From the NCBI GenBank assembly GCA_031272775.1, contig JAISTB010000031.1, positions 1-48,031 of the forward strand: a stretch of 48,031 bases of DNA. The letters are read 5' to 3'. Below, piece after piece: positions 28,341 through 38,178 of this stretch. Source of the DNA: Fusobacteriaceae bacterium. Lineage in GTDB: Bacteria; Fusobacteriota; Fusobacteriia; Fusobacteriales; Fusobacteriaceae. The notes under the pieces were generated by a model that worked only from the letters and a program-made list of their open reading frames with translations, was not told where the DNA came from and searched no databases. The first letter of the stretch is position 1; each line of letters starts with the position of its first letter. The position numbers and the translations under genes are program-made.

Positions 28341-29690
28341 ATGGGATTAATCAGAGCGGCAATAGGGGCAGCCGGCGGCACGCTGGCCGATCAGTGGAAA
28401 GAGTTTTTCTACTGTGAATCCATCAGCAAGGATGTCCTTGTCACAAAAGGGGTAAAGCGGATCAGCGGGCGTTCGTCCAACACAAAGGGCAACGACAACA
28501 TCATTTCCAGCGGCAGCGGCATCGCCGTGGCCGACGGGCAGTGCATGATCATCGTCGAGCAGGGAAAAGTCGTCGAAGTCTGCGCGGAGCCCGGGGAATT
28601 CACGTTCAACGCGTCTACGGAACCCAGCATCTTCGCGGGCGGTCTCAACATGACCAGCATCAAAAACACCTTCGCTACCATCGGGAAGCGCTTCGCCTAC
28701 GGCGGAGACCCCGGCAAGGATCAACGGGTGTACTATTTCAACACGAAAGAAATCCTCGACAACAAATTCGGGACCGCGACGCCGATCCCCTTCCGGGTCG
28801 TGGACGCCAAGATCGGTCTCGACATCGACGTCTCCGTCCGCTGTAACGGCATATTCACATTCAAAATCGTGGATCCGCTGCTGTTTTACACCAACGTCAG
28901 CGGAAATGTGCAAAATGAGTACGTGAAAGAAGAGATTGCCGACACGCTGAAATCCGATATTCTGACGTATCTGGCGCCGGCGTTTTCCGCCATTTCCGAT
29001 ATGGGCATCCGGCCGAACCAACTGGCCGCTCAAAATATCGCGATCCGCGACGTTCTGAAGCAGCAGCTCTCCCCCGAATGGGCGGACCGGCGGGGTCTGG
29101 AAATCGTCAACATTTCCTTCAACTCCGTGACGATCCCCAAAGAAGACGAAGAGCTGATCAAACAGGCCCAGCGGGCGGCCATGCTCCAGAATCCCAACTA
29201 CGCGGCGGCAACGATCGCCGCGGCTCAGAGCGACGCCATGCGGGCGGCCGCGTCCAATCCCAACGGGTCCATGGGGGCCTTTGTGGGCATGGGCATGGCC
29301 CAGGGCGTGGGCGGTATGAACGCCGGAGAATTATTTAAAATGGGCGCGGCGCAAAACGCGGCGTCTCAAGGCGGCGCGGGGGCGCAAGGGTCGGCGGCCG
29401 CAACCGCCGGATGGACCTGTCCCGCCTGCGGCGCCACGGGCAATACCGGAAAATTCTGCATGAATTGCGGAAAGCCCAAACCGGCCCCCGCCGAAGGCTG
29501 GGCCTGTCCCAAGTGCGGAACCGTCAACGAAGGCAATTTCTGCGTCAATTGCGGCGAAAAGCGGCCCGCCGGCGCGCCTTTGTACAAGTGCGACAAATGC
29601 GGCTGGACGCCCCCCGATCCCAAGAACCCGCCCAAATTCTGCCCCGAATGCGGAGATGTGTTCGACGACAGCGACAAGACAAACGGTTAA
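28341..29690 (+). CDS. SPFH/band-7 (flotillin-like, COG4260/YdjI-like) protein with three C-terminal zinc ribbons
   Basis: N-terminus MGLIRAAIGAAGGTLADQWKEFF is characteristic of the YdjI/COG4260 group. The C-terminus carries CPAC..CMNC, CPKC..CVNC and CDKC..CPEC ribbons. Confidence 0.75.
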   Translation: MGLIRAAIGAAGGTLADQWKEFFYCESISKDVLVTKGVKRISGRSSNTKGNDNIISSGSGIAVADGQCMIIVEQGKVVEVCAEPGEFTFNASTEPSIFAGGLNMTSIKNTFATIGKRFAYGGDPGKDQRVYYFNTKEILDNKFGTATPIPFRVVDAKIGLDIDVSVRCNGIFTFKIVDPLLFYTNVSGNVQNEYVKEEIADTLKSDILTYLAPAFSAISDMGIRPNQLAAQNIAIRDVLKQQLSPEWADRRGLEIVNISFNSVTIPKEDEELIKQAQRAAMLQNPNYAAATIAAAQSDAMRAAASNPNGSMGAFVGMGMAQGVGGMNAGELFKMGAAQNAASQGGAGAQGSAAATAGWTCPACGATGNTGKFCMNCGKPKPAPAEGWACPKCGTVNEGNFCVNCGEKRPAGAPLYKCDKCGWTPPDPKNPPKFCPECGDVFDDSDKTNG

Positions 29691-29714
29691 GAATCCCGAT
29701 ACAGAGGTGATGTC

Positions 29715-30794
29715 ATGGGCTCTTTGATGGAATTCAAATGCCCGAACTGCGACGCGTCCATTCATTTCGACAGCGGCGCGCAGAAAATGAAATGCCCCTA
29801 CTGCGGGACGGAACTCGATATCGCTTCGCTCAAAGCCCTGGACGACGTGCTGAAACAGGAAAAGCCCGGGGAGGAAAACTGGGAGAAGGAAGCGGGTTCC
29901 GACTGGCAGCCCGGGGAAAAGGAAGGGATGGTTGTCTATTCCTGCAAGTCCTGCGGCGGGGAAATCCTCGTCGACAAAAACACGGCGGCCACGTCCTGCC
30001 CATTCTGCGGCAACACGGTCATCATGCCGCGGGAACTGGCGGGAGAATTGCGCCCCGACTGGGTCATTCCCTTCAAGTACGACAAAAACGGCGCCAAGGA
30101 GGCCCTGCGTCGGCATATGGCGGGGAAAAAGCTTCTCCCCAAGGTCTTCAAGGACGAGAACCACATCGACGAGATCAAGGGGATCTATGTGCCCTTCTGG
30201 CTCTTCGACTGCACGGCCGACGCCCATATCCGCTATCAGGGCGTGACCTATAAGCGCTACGCCTCCGGCGGGTACAATGTTACGGAACGGCAGGTCTACG
30301 CCATCACCCGGGAGGGAACCCTCGATTTTCAAAACGTCCCCGTGGACGGGTCCAGTCAGATGCCCGACGAACTCATGGAATCCATCGAGCCCTTCGACTT
30401 CGGGGCCGCGGTGGACTTTCAGGCGGCCTATCTGGCGGGCTATCTCGCCAACCGCTATGACGAGGACGCCGAGACCGGCAAGGCCAAGGTCAACAAACGC
30501 ATCGTGGCCAGTACGACCGCTTCCTTTGACGCGTCGGTCACGGGATTTGCCGAGGTCACGACGCAAAACCGGACCATCAACCTCATCCACGGCAGCGTCC
30601 GCTACGCGCTGCTGCCGGTCTGGATGCTCAACACGACCTGGCGGGGCCGGCGTTATACCTTCGTCATGAACGGTCAGAGCGGAAAATTCGCCGGAGATCT
30701 GCCGGTCGATACGGGCGCCTACTGGCGCTGGTTCGGAACGCTCTTCGGCGTCATTGCCGTCGCCGCCTTCGCGGCGGCGAAATTATTCCTGTAG
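29715..30794 (+). CDS. Double zinc-ribbon membrane-anchored protein (YdjG-like)
   Basis: CPNC..CPYC and CKSC..CPFC ribbons at the N-terminus. Single C-terminal TM helix (WFGTLFGVIAVAAFAAAKLFL). Confidence 0.6.
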   Translation: MGSLMEFKCPNCDASIHFDSGAQKMKCPYCGTELDIASLKALDDVLKQEKPGEENWEKEAGSDWQPGEKEGMVVYSCKSCGGEILVDKNTAATSCPFCGNTVIMPRELAGELRPDWVIPFKYDKNGAKEALRRHMAGKKLLPKVFKDENHIDEIKGIYVPFWLFDCTADAHIRYQGVTYKRYASGGYNVTERQVYAITREGTLDFQNVPVDGSSQMPDELMESIEPFDFGAAVDFQAAYLAGYLANRYDEDAETGKAKVNKRIVASTTASFDASVTGFAEVTTQNRTINLIHGSVRYALLPVWMLNTTWRGRRYTFVMNGQSGKFAGDLPVDTGAYWRWFGTLFGVIAVAAFAAAKLFL

Positions 30795-30806
30795 GAGGCG
30801 GAGCAA

Positions 30807-31592
30807 ATGCGAAAACTCAAGATGTGCAAAAAATGTCTTCTTCTCGCGCTGCTGACGCTGCTCTGGACGCTGTGTCTCACGGCCGCCTTACCCAAGGTCG
30901 TCGACGAGGCCGGTCTCCTGAGTTCGCAGGAAGAGCAGCAGCTGGCGCAAATGATAGACAAAGTGATAACAAAGTACAATAAATGTGATGTCGTCGTGGT
31001 CACCGTCAACAATCTGGGCGGCAAGTCGGCCATGGCCTTTGCCGACGACTGGTTTGACTACAAGGGCTACGGCGTGGGGCCGGACAAAAGCGGCGTCCTT
31101 TTCCTCGTCAGCATGGCTGAAAGAGAGTTCTGGATGTCCACGACGGGCTACGGCATCAAGGCCTTCACGGATTGGGGCATCGATCAGATCACGGAAAAAA
31201 TGGTCCCCGACCTCAGCAAGGGCAACTATTATCGGGCCTTTTCGACCTACGTCTCCGAGTGCGACCGCTATCTCGCGGCGGCGGCCAAAGGAAAGCCCGT
31301 CGACAAGGACAACACGTTTATGGCCGGAATCATTTCCCTCGTGGCGGGCCTTCTGGGCGCCTTCGGCGGAACGGCGGGCATGAAGAGCCAGCTCAGGTCC
31401 ATCAAACGGCAAGGCGCCGCCGCCAACTATGTCCAAACCGACAGCCTGAACTTCGCGGCCAAAGACGCCATTTACCTCTTCAGCAACATCACCCGTACGC
31501 CGATCCCCAAAGCAAGCAGCGGAGGCGGAGGCAGCAGCGTCCACACGGGCTCGTCGGGAACGTCCCACGGCGGGCGCGGCGGACGGTTCTGA
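30807..31592 (+). CDS. TPM-domain protein (YdjH-like) with C-terminal TM helix and Gly-rich tail
   Basis: Signal/TM, then PKVVDEAGLLSSQEEQQLAQMIDKV (typical TPM/DUF477 start), TM IISLVAGLLGAFGG, tail SGGGGSSVHTGSSGTSHGGRGGRF. Confidence 0.7.
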   Translation: MRKLKMCKKCLLLALLTLLWTLCLTAALPKVVDEAGLLSSQEEQQLAQMIDKVITKYNKCDVVVVTVNNLGGKSAMAFADDWFDYKGYGVGPDKSGVLFLVSMAEREFWMSTTGYGIKAFTDWGIDQITEKMVPDLSKGNYYRAFSTYVSECDRYLAAAAKGKPVDKDNTFMAGIISLVAGLLGAFGGTAGMKSQLRSIKRQGAAANYVQTDSLNFAAKDAIYLFSNITRTPIPKASSGGGGSSVHTGSSGTSHGGRGGRF

Positions 31593-31599
31593 GAAATTC

Positions 31600-33906
31600 A
31601 TGAAACGCAAAATAAAACTTGTTTTGTATACAATTACGACCGGCGCCCTTTTGGCGACCTGTCTCGCGGGATACGCGGTCTTCCGGATCTATACCGGCTA
31701 CGACGCGGCGGCGCTCCTCGACAGGGTAGAGGCGTCCTACGGCGCGGCGCTCCTGGACCGGGACGACCGCATTCTCTCCGTCGCCCTCGGCGCCGACGAA
31801 CAGTGGCGCGTCAAGAGCGAAGACCCCGTCCCCGAAAACCTGAAGACGGCCGTTTTGACCTACGAGGACAAAAATTTTTACAAACATCCGGGCATAGACG
31901 TCGCGGCCCTGCTCCGGGCCTTCAAAAACAACGTCGCGGGCAGAAGAAAAAGCGGGGCCAGCACGATCACCATGCAGGTCGCCAAGGTGCTCTCGCCCGG
32001 GAAACGGACCTACCGCAACAAAATCCGGGAAATGATCGCGGCCCTGAAGCTGGAACGAAGCCTCTCCAAGGACGAAATCCTCGCCCTCTGGCTGAATAAC
32101 GCCCCCTACGGCGGAAACATCACGGGCTACGCCACGGCGTCCCGCCTGTATTTTGAAAAAAGCCCGGCGGAACTCTCCTGGGGGGAAGCGGCCCTTCTGG
32201 CGGTACTGCCCAATTCCCCGGGACTCATCAATGTGGAGAAAAACCGGGACAGACTCCTCGCCAAGAGAAACGCCCTGTTGTTGCGACTTTCGGAAAAGGG
32301 AGCGCTGCCCCGGGACCAGTACGCGCTGGCCGTCCGGGAACCGCTGCCCCGACAGATCCACCCTTTTCCCCGCCACGCGCCCCATCTCTTGCGGAGGCTT
32401 TCGGGGGAAAGCCGGGAAAAACTCCTTCGCAGTACCATCGACGGCGAACTCCAGCAAAACGTCGAGGCGGTCTGCAAGACCTACGCGGCCTTCATCAGAA
32501 ATGAAGGCGTTGAAAACGTGGCGGTTCTCGTCGTAGAAAACGCGACCCGGGCCGTCCGGGCCTACGCGGGATCTCAGGACTTTCTGGATTTCGACGCTCT
32601 GGGTCAAGTGGACGGCGTCACGGCCAGACGTTCGCCTGGCTCGGTCCTGAAGCCTTTTTTATTCGCCCTCGCCATCGACGCGGGCCTGGTCGCGCCCCAA
32701 TCCCTGGTCCCCGACGTGCCCCTTTATTTTTCGGGCTTCCGGCCGCAAAACGCCAACAAACTCTATAACGGCATGGTGGAAATGCGCCTTGCCCTGATCC
32801 GTTCGCTGAACATCCCCTTTGTCCATCTGCTCGAAGAATACGGATACGAGCGTTTTTATTATTTTTTGAAAAACGTGCTGGGCTTTGCCGAAAGCGACCC
32901 CGACCGCTACGGCCTGTCGCTGATCCTGGGGACAAAGGAAATCTCCATGGAAGACATGGCCGTCCTCTACTCGGGACTGGCGGACCGGGGAAAGTTCAAA
33001 AACCTGCGGTATTTGCGGAACGACGGGAATAAACCGGTCGATCCCGGCAGGCAGCTGATCACGCCGGGGGCCTGCTGGCTCACGCTGCAGACCATGAAGG
33101 CCCTCGTGCGGCCCGGTTTTGAGAATTACTACCGTTGGAAAAACCCCATTTCCTGGAAGACCGGCACGAGCTACGGCAGGCGGGACGGCTGGGCCTGCGG
33201 CGTTACGCCCGAATACACGATTATCTGCTGGGCCGGAAATTTTAGCGGAAAAAGCAGCCCCGACCTCACGGGCGTCGTCTCGGGGGGGCGACTGCTCTTC
33301 AATATTTTCAGTGAGCTGAACCTCAATTACCGCGAGTTTCCGCGGCCGCCGGACCTCGTCGCCATAACGGTCGACGCCCGCACCGGCTACCGGCCGCCCT
33401 GGCCCGGGCTTCCCGCAAAGGAGATCCTCTGGCCCCAAGGGGCCCGGGCCCTCAAGGTCTCGCCCTATTATCGCAAAATTTACGTCAACGCCCAGGGAGA
33501 GGAAATCGACTCCCGGGATCCGGAATTTACCGAGCGCCAGGAGAAAATCATCTTGAATTACCCCCTTGAGGTCGTCAACTACCTGATCCGGGAAAATATC
33601 ACGGCGAGCGGCCTCCAAGATCCGGGCGCAAAAAGCGTCGACAGTCTCCGTATCCTCTATCCCGCCGAGGGAGCGACGATTCTCCTCCCGAGGGACTTTG
33701 ACGGGGACAGGGAGCTCATCGTGAAAATCGCCAATATCAGAGATCAGGACGTCTACTGGTATCTTGACAATACTTTTCTCGGCGTCGACAGAGCCTATGA
33801 AAAACAATTGAGCGTCCCCAACGGCGACCATACGCTGACCGTCATGGGGGAAAACGGGGAAATCCGCAAGGTGAGATTTACCGTAAAAAGAACGGGGGAC
33901 AGATGA
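31600..33906 (+). CDS. pbpC: Penicillin-binding protein 1C (bifunctional glycosyltransferase/transpeptidase)
   Basis: GT51 motifs (TYEDKNFYKHPGID, RKSGASTITMQVAK). SxxK/transpeptidase region. C-terminal PBP1C-specific domain. Classic partner of A2M. Confidence 0.85.
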   Translation: MKRKIKLVLYTITTGALLATCLAGYAVFRIYTGYDAAALLDRVEASYGAALLDRDDRILSVALGADEQWRVKSEDPVPENLKTAVLTYEDKNFYKHPGIDVAALLRAFKNNVAGRRKSGASTITMQVAKVLSPGKRTYRNKIREMIAALKLERSLSKDEILALWLNNAPYGGNITGYATASRLYFEKSPAELSWGEAALLAVLPNSPGLINVEKNRDRLLAKRNALLLRLSEKGALPRDQYALAVREPLPRQIHPFPRHAPHLLRRLSGESREKLLRSTIDGELQQNVEAVCKTYAAFIRNEGVENVAVLVVENATRAVRAYAGSQDFLDFDALGQVDGVTARRSPGSVLKPFLFALAIDAGLVAPQSLVPDVPLYFSGFRPQNANKLYNGMVEMRLALIRSLNIPFVHLLEEYGYERFYYFLKNVLGFAESDPDRYGLSLILGTKEISMEDMAVLYSGLADRGKFKNLRYLRNDGNKPVDPGRQLITPGACWLTLQTMKALVRPGFENYYRWKNPISWKTGTSYGRRDGWACGVTPEYTIICWAGNFSGKSSPDLTGVVSGGRLLFNIFSELNLNYREFPRPPDLVAITVDARTGYRPPWPGLPAKEILWPQGARALKVSPYYRKIYVNAQGEEIDSRDPEFTERQEKIILNYPLEVVNYLIRENITASGLQDPGAKSVDSLRILYPAEGATILLPRDFDGDRELIVKIANIRDQDVYWYLDNTFLGVDRAYEKQLSVPNGDHTLTVMGENGEIRKVRFTVKRTGDR

Positions 33907-35069
33907 AAACCGAATGCTACATCGCGAAAAAATATATCACGGAACGCAAGCGCCAGAGTCTGATTTCCGTCGTCGGCATCGCGCTGGGGGTAGCGGTTTT
34001 GACCGTTTCCATCGCCATCGCCAACGGCCTCAACGACAACCTGATCACGAATATCCTCTCGGTCACGAGCCACGCCTTTATCGGAAATTACGGCAGGATC
34101 GAGGATTACCGCGAGCTTGCGGCGACTATTGAGCAAATCCCCGGCGTCAAGGGGGCCGTTCCCGCCATCGAAACCCAGGGCATCGTCAAACATACGGGGC
34201 CCTACGGCCTCTACGCGGCGGGGGTCCGGATTGAGGGCTATGATCTCGGGTCCGCCGAAAAGGCCATGGACCTCAAAAAACGCATCGTCGAGGGAGAAAT
34301 CCTCCCCGACAAAATCGACGGGATTCTGCTGGGCCGGGAATTGCAGAAAATCACCGGCGCAAAAACCGGCGACACGGTCACGATCATCTCTTCGGAAAAC
34401 CGCGAGATCGATTTTACGCTTACCGGCATTTTCCAGAGCGGTTATTACGACTATGACGTCAACATGGTGATCCTGCCGCTCACCGCCGCCCAGTACCTCA
34501 TGCAAAGCGGCGACTGCACGAACCGGATCAACATCATGCTCAAAGATCCCTACAAAGCGCCGGCAATCGCGGCGGAGGTGGCAGAGGCCACCGGAAAGAA
34601 AGTCGTGACCTGGGGGGAAGTCAACCGGAACCTCCTGCAGGCCCTGTCTCTGGAAAAAACCGTCATGATCCTCGTCTTTTCGCTGATCGTGGTGATCGCG
34701 GGCTTCGTGGTCTGGGTGACTTTGAATAACCTCGTGCGGGAAAAGATCAGGGACATCGGAATCCTCAGGGCCATGGGCTATCCGAGGGGAAGCGTCACAA
34801 AAATCTTCCTCCTGCAGGGGCTGATCTTAGGGATCGCCGGAATTGCAGCGGGTCTCGGGGTTTCCTGGGCCGTGCTCTCCTGGCTCAAACACAACAGTCT
34901 CTCCTTTGTGACCTCGGTCTATTACCTGACCAGAGTGCCCGTCGTGATTTCCGCCCGGGAAGTGCTTCTGATCGCCGCGGCAAATCTCGTCGTGATCCTT
35001 TTTTCGAGCGTCCTTCCCGCCCGGCGGGCCGGAAAGCTCAACACGGTGGAGGCGCTGCGCTATGAGTGA
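33903..35069 (+). CDS. lolC: LolC/LolE-type lipoprotein-release ABC transporter permease (FtsX family)
   Basis: 388 aa, 4 TM helices with a large periplasmic loop. ATGA overlap with the pbpC stop. Confidence 0.75.
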   Translation: MKTECYIAKKYITERKRQSLISVVGIALGVAVLTVSIAIANGLNDNLITNILSVTSHAFIGNYGRIEDYRELAATIEQIPGVKGAVPAIETQGIVKHTGPYGLYAAGVRIEGYDLGSAEKAMDLKKRIVEGEILPDKIDGILLGRELQKITGAKTGDTVTIISSENREIDFTLTGIFQSGYYDYDVNMVILPLTAAQYLMQSGDCTNRINIMLKDPYKAPAIAAEVAEATGKKVVTWGEVNRNLLQALSLEKTVMILVFSLIVVIAGFVVWVTLNNLVREKIRDIGILRAMGYPRGSVTKIFLLQGLILGIAGIAAGLGVSWAVLSWLKHNSLSFVTSVYYLTRVPVVISAREVLLIAAANLVVILFSSVLPARRAGKLNTVEALRYE

Positions 35070-35745
35070 AATTTTGCGACTTGAACATATCCGAAAGGAC
35101 TACCGGACAAAGACCGACCGCTTGCAGATCCTGCGGGATCTGGACCTCAGTGTGGAAAAGGGGGAATGCGTCGCCGTCCTTGGCCGCTCGGGCTCCGGCA
35201 AATCAACGCTTTTGAACGTCATGGGGCTTCTGGACCGGGCCGACGCCGGAAAAATCACCTTAAACGGTAAAGAAATCAGCCGCATGAAAGAAGCGGAAAT
35301 CGACCGGCTCAAAAACCGCTTTATCGGCTTTGTCTTCCAGTTTCACTATCTGCTGCCGGAGTTTACGGCGCTGGAAAACGTCATGCTGCCGGCTCTCGCG
35401 GCCGGAAACGAATCCAAATCCGCAATCGCCGCCCGCGCCGGGGAGATCCTCGCCCGGATGGGGCTGGGGGAGCGCCTCCGGCACAAGCCCGCGCAGCTCT
35501 CGGGCGGGGAAAAGCAACGAGTCGCCATCGCCCGGGCCCTCATCAACAACCCGGACCTGATCCTGGCCGACGAACCCACCGGCAACCTCGACGAAGAGAC
35601 CAGCGAGGGGATTTTTCACCTCTTCCGGGACATCAACCGGGAACTGGGCCGGACGCTTGTGATCGTGACCCATTCGCGGGATCTGGCCGCCCTCGCCGAC
35701 AGACGCTTCAATCTCCGGAAAGGGCTGCTCGAACCCGAGCCCTGA
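35062..35745 (+). CDS. lolD: LolD-type ABC transporter ATP-binding protein
   Basis: [37 protein letters not shown]. Confidence 0.85.
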   Translation: MSEILRLEHIRKDYRTKTDRLQILRDLDLSVEKGECVAVLGRSGSGKSTLLNVMGLLDRADAGKITLNGKEISRMKEAEIDRLKNRFIGFVFQFHYLLPEFTALENVMLPALAAGNESKSAIAARAGEILARMGLGERLRHKPAQLSGGEKQRVAIARALINNPDLILADEPTGNLDEETSEGIFHLFRDINRELGRTLVIVTHSRDLAALADRRFNLRKGLLEPEP

Positions 35746-35797
35746 GGCCGGAATTCGGCCATTTCGGGAATGCGCGGGTTTTTTCGTATCATTCCTA

Positions 35798-35825
35798 TTG
35801 CTTTTTCCGATTTTTGGTGTATAAT
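35798..35825 (+). promoter_or_regulatory. Putative sigma70 promoter for hpf (TTGCTT-16-TATAAT with upstream TG)
   Basis: Hexamers read directly from the sequence. Preceded by a GC hairpin plus T-run that could terminate lolD. Confidence 0.35.
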
Positions 35826-35892
35826 TATACTAAGCGGTACGATGTCTTGCATGGGTGAGACGGCGTATCCAACCAAAAAAAGGGGTGATGGT

Positions 35893-36456
35893 ATGAAATT
35901 ATCCATTTACGGCAAAGGACTCACGGTTACGGAAGCAATCAAAAAGTACGTGGAGACAAAAATCGGAAGGGTGGAAAAATTCCATGACGGCGTCATTTCC
36001 CTCGATGTGTACCTGAGCGCGAAAAAAGTCAAAACAGGGGATTATGTCAAGGTGGACGCCCTCGCTTACCTCGAGGGGACCACGGTCAAGTGCACGAAGG
36101 AAGACAACGACCTCTACGCGGCCATTGACGTGATCTCCGACATGTTGGAACGTCAGCTCCGGAAAAAGAAAGAAAAATCCCTCAAGGCCAATCACAACAA
36201 GGAAAAACTCACCAAACATCTGCATTATTACACGATCGCGCAGCAGTCGTCCGATGAGCGCGAGGAGATCCACGGGCCCGATGAGAAAAACGTCGTCAGC
36301 GTCCTGCTGCCGCCGAAGCCCATGGCCGTAAACGAGGCCATTTTGCAACTTGACGCGCTGGATCGCGTGTTTTACGCCTTCGTCAACGTCCGCACGGGCC
36401 GCATGAATGTCGTTTACAAGCGGAAAGACGGCGATTACGGTTATATTGAATCCTAA
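35893..36456 (+). CDS. hpf: Ribosome hibernation-promoting factor, long form (HPF/RaiA)
   Basis: True start MKLSIYGKGLTVTEAIKKYVE after an AAAAGGGG RBS. The ORF-track N-terminal 41 aa are discarded. Confidence 0.85.
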   Translation: MKLSIYGKGLTVTEAIKKYVETKIGRVEKFHDGVISLDVYLSAKKVKTGDYVKVDALAYLEGTTVKCTKEDNDLYAAIDVISDMLERQLRKKKEKSLKANHNKEKLTKHLHYYTIAQQSSDEREEIHGPDEKNVVSVLLPPKPMAVNEAILQLDALDRVFYAFVNVRTGRMNVVYKRKDGDYGYIES

Positions 36457-36478
36457 GAGCAATCCGGATACAGATTCC

Positions 36479-36503
36479 GCGGTCGGGTTTCAAGCCCGAC
36501 CGC
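36479..36503 (+). terminator. Hairpin downstream of hpf (weak T tail)
   Basis: GCGGTCGGG-TTTCAAG-CCCGACCGC stem-loop. Confidence 0.3.
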
Positions 36504-36542
36504 TTCTCACGTAAATCCGGCCGCCACAGGGGGGAGTCCCGC

Positions 36543-37988
36543 ATGAGCATCGCGTTATATTTTCTGCGCGAATACATCTTATATATCAACGTCCTGTTTA
36601 TCCTGATCATTATCCTGATCGAGAAGCGAAACCCGCTTTACACGCTGTTTTGGATAATGATCCTCATTCTTGCCCCCTACTTCGGTTTCGTACTCTACCT
36701 CTTTCTGGGCTTGAAATTTCAAAAGCGGCGCAGGGCCGAAAAATACTACAAATGGAAGTTTTCCCACAGCCGGGATATCATCGGCGCCGCCGATCGGGCC
36801 GACCTCAACAAATGGCGTCAGCTCATTTCCTATCTCGACATCTCGTCCAAGAGCAAACTCACGACCAGCAACGCCGTGGAGATTTTTACTTTGGGCCGGA
36901 AATTTTTCGACCGCATGAAGGCCGATATCGAAAACGCGCAAAAATCCGTTAACCTGGAATATTATCTGTTCCGTTACGACGGTCTGGGCCGGGAAATGGC
37001 CGAGCTTTTGATCCGCAAAGTCAAGTCCGGCGTCAATGTCAAGATCATTATCGACGGCGCCAGCAGCGTGGACAAGTCCATGCTCAAGAGCCTGTCCGAA
37101 GCGGGTTGTCAGGTCAGACGCTTTTTCCCCTGGCATTTCCTCTTTCTCAAGATCGCGAGCCTGCGGGTCAATTACCGGGATCACCGGAAGTTGACCATCA
37201 TCGACGACAAGATCGGCTATATCGGCGGCTTCAATATCGGCGACGAGTACCTCGGCAAGGGGGAACTCGGCAACTGGCGCGATACTGCGGTCAGAATCCA
37301 CGGCGACTGCGTGCTGGAACTGCAGAAGGAATTTTATTTTTCCTGGGGCATCGTCAATGACAAGGACGACTTCGATCTGCTGGAGCTCCCCTACCGGACC
37401 GACAGCCGGGACGTACTGTCGCCTGAGCAGCTTGTGGACGCGACCTACATGCAGGTCGTGAGCTCGGGGCCCAATTATCAGTACCGGACCATGCGGGACA
37501 ATTTCCTGAAGATCATCCTCGAAGCCCAGCGCTATATCTATGTGCAAACGCCCTATTTCGTCCCCGACGAGATTATCCTCGAGGCGCTGAAAGTGGCGGC
37601 CACTTCCGGCGTCAAGATCAAGATCATGATCCCCGAAAAATGCGACCACATCTTTATGAAATGGGTCAACCAGTATTTCGCCGGGGAGCTCATCGATCTG
37701 GGCGTCAAGATTTACCGCTATCGGAACGGCTTTCTCCATTCCAAGCTCGTCCTTGCCGACGACGAAGTCGCCAGCGTCGGGAGCGCCAATTTCGACTACA
37801 GGAGCCTGTATCAGAACTTCGAGATCAACGTGAATATCTACGACACGGCCATGGTCAAGGAATTCGCGCGGATTTTCCGGGATGACGCCCGGCTCTCGGA
37901 CCAGATTTTCACCAAGCAGTTTAAAAACAGAGGAATTCTGGCCAAATGCGCCGAAGCGGTCTTCAGACTTTTAGCGCCCATTTTATGA
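36543..37988 (+). CDS. cls: Cardiolipin synthase (PLD superfamily, two HKD motifs)
   Basis: Two N-terminal TM helices. HKD motifs YRDHRKLTIIDD and FLHSKLVLADDEVASVGSANFD. Confidence 0.85.
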   Translation: MSIALYFLREYILYINVLFILIIILIEKRNPLYTLFWIMILILAPYFGFVLYLFLGLKFQKRRRAEKYYKWKFSHSRDIIGAADRADLNKWRQLISYLDISSKSKLTTSNAVEIFTLGRKFFDRMKADIENAQKSVNLEYYLFRYDGLGREMAELLIRKVKSGVNVKIIIDGASSVDKSMLKSLSEAGCQVRRFFPWHFLFLKIASLRVNYRDHRKLTIIDDKIGYIGGFNIGDEYLGKGELGNWRDTAVRIHGDCVLELQKEFYFSWGIVNDKDDFDLLELPYRTDSRDVLSPEQLVDATYMQVVSSGPNYQYRTMRDNFLKIILEAQRYIYVQTPYFVPDEIILEALKVAATSGVKIKIMIPEKCDHIFMKWVNQYFAGELIDLGVKIYRYRNGFLHSKLVLADDEVASVGSANFDYRSLYQNFEINVNIYDTAMVKEFARIFRDDARLSDQIFTKQFKNRGILAKCAEAVFRLLAPIL

Positions 37989-38046
37989 GGTTTTGCAATG
38001 GATCAGGAAGAATAATTTTGATTTTTCCCTGAAAATTTGCTATAAT

Positions 38047-38123
38047 AACAAAGAGTGATCCCGTAGCTCAATTGGATAGAGCAATTCCCTCCTAAGGAAT
38101 AGGTTGTGTGTTCAAGCCACATC
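38047..38123 (+). tRNA. tRNA-Arg (anticodon CCU)
   Basis: Acceptor GATCCCG/CGGGGTC, D-arm GCTC-AATTGGATA-GAGC, anticodon arm ATTCC-CTCCTAA-GGAAT, T-arm GTGTG-TTCAAGC-CACAT, CCA encoded. Confidence 0.85.
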
Positions 38124-38178
38124 GGGGTCGCCATTTCTTTATCCGCAATTTTTGACTTTACCCTATGAGGAGTGAGCG

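Noticed and set aside
36579-37739. 386-aa minus-strand ORF antisense to cls
   Set aside because: cls on the plus strand has two HKD motifs. The antisense ORF has no features.
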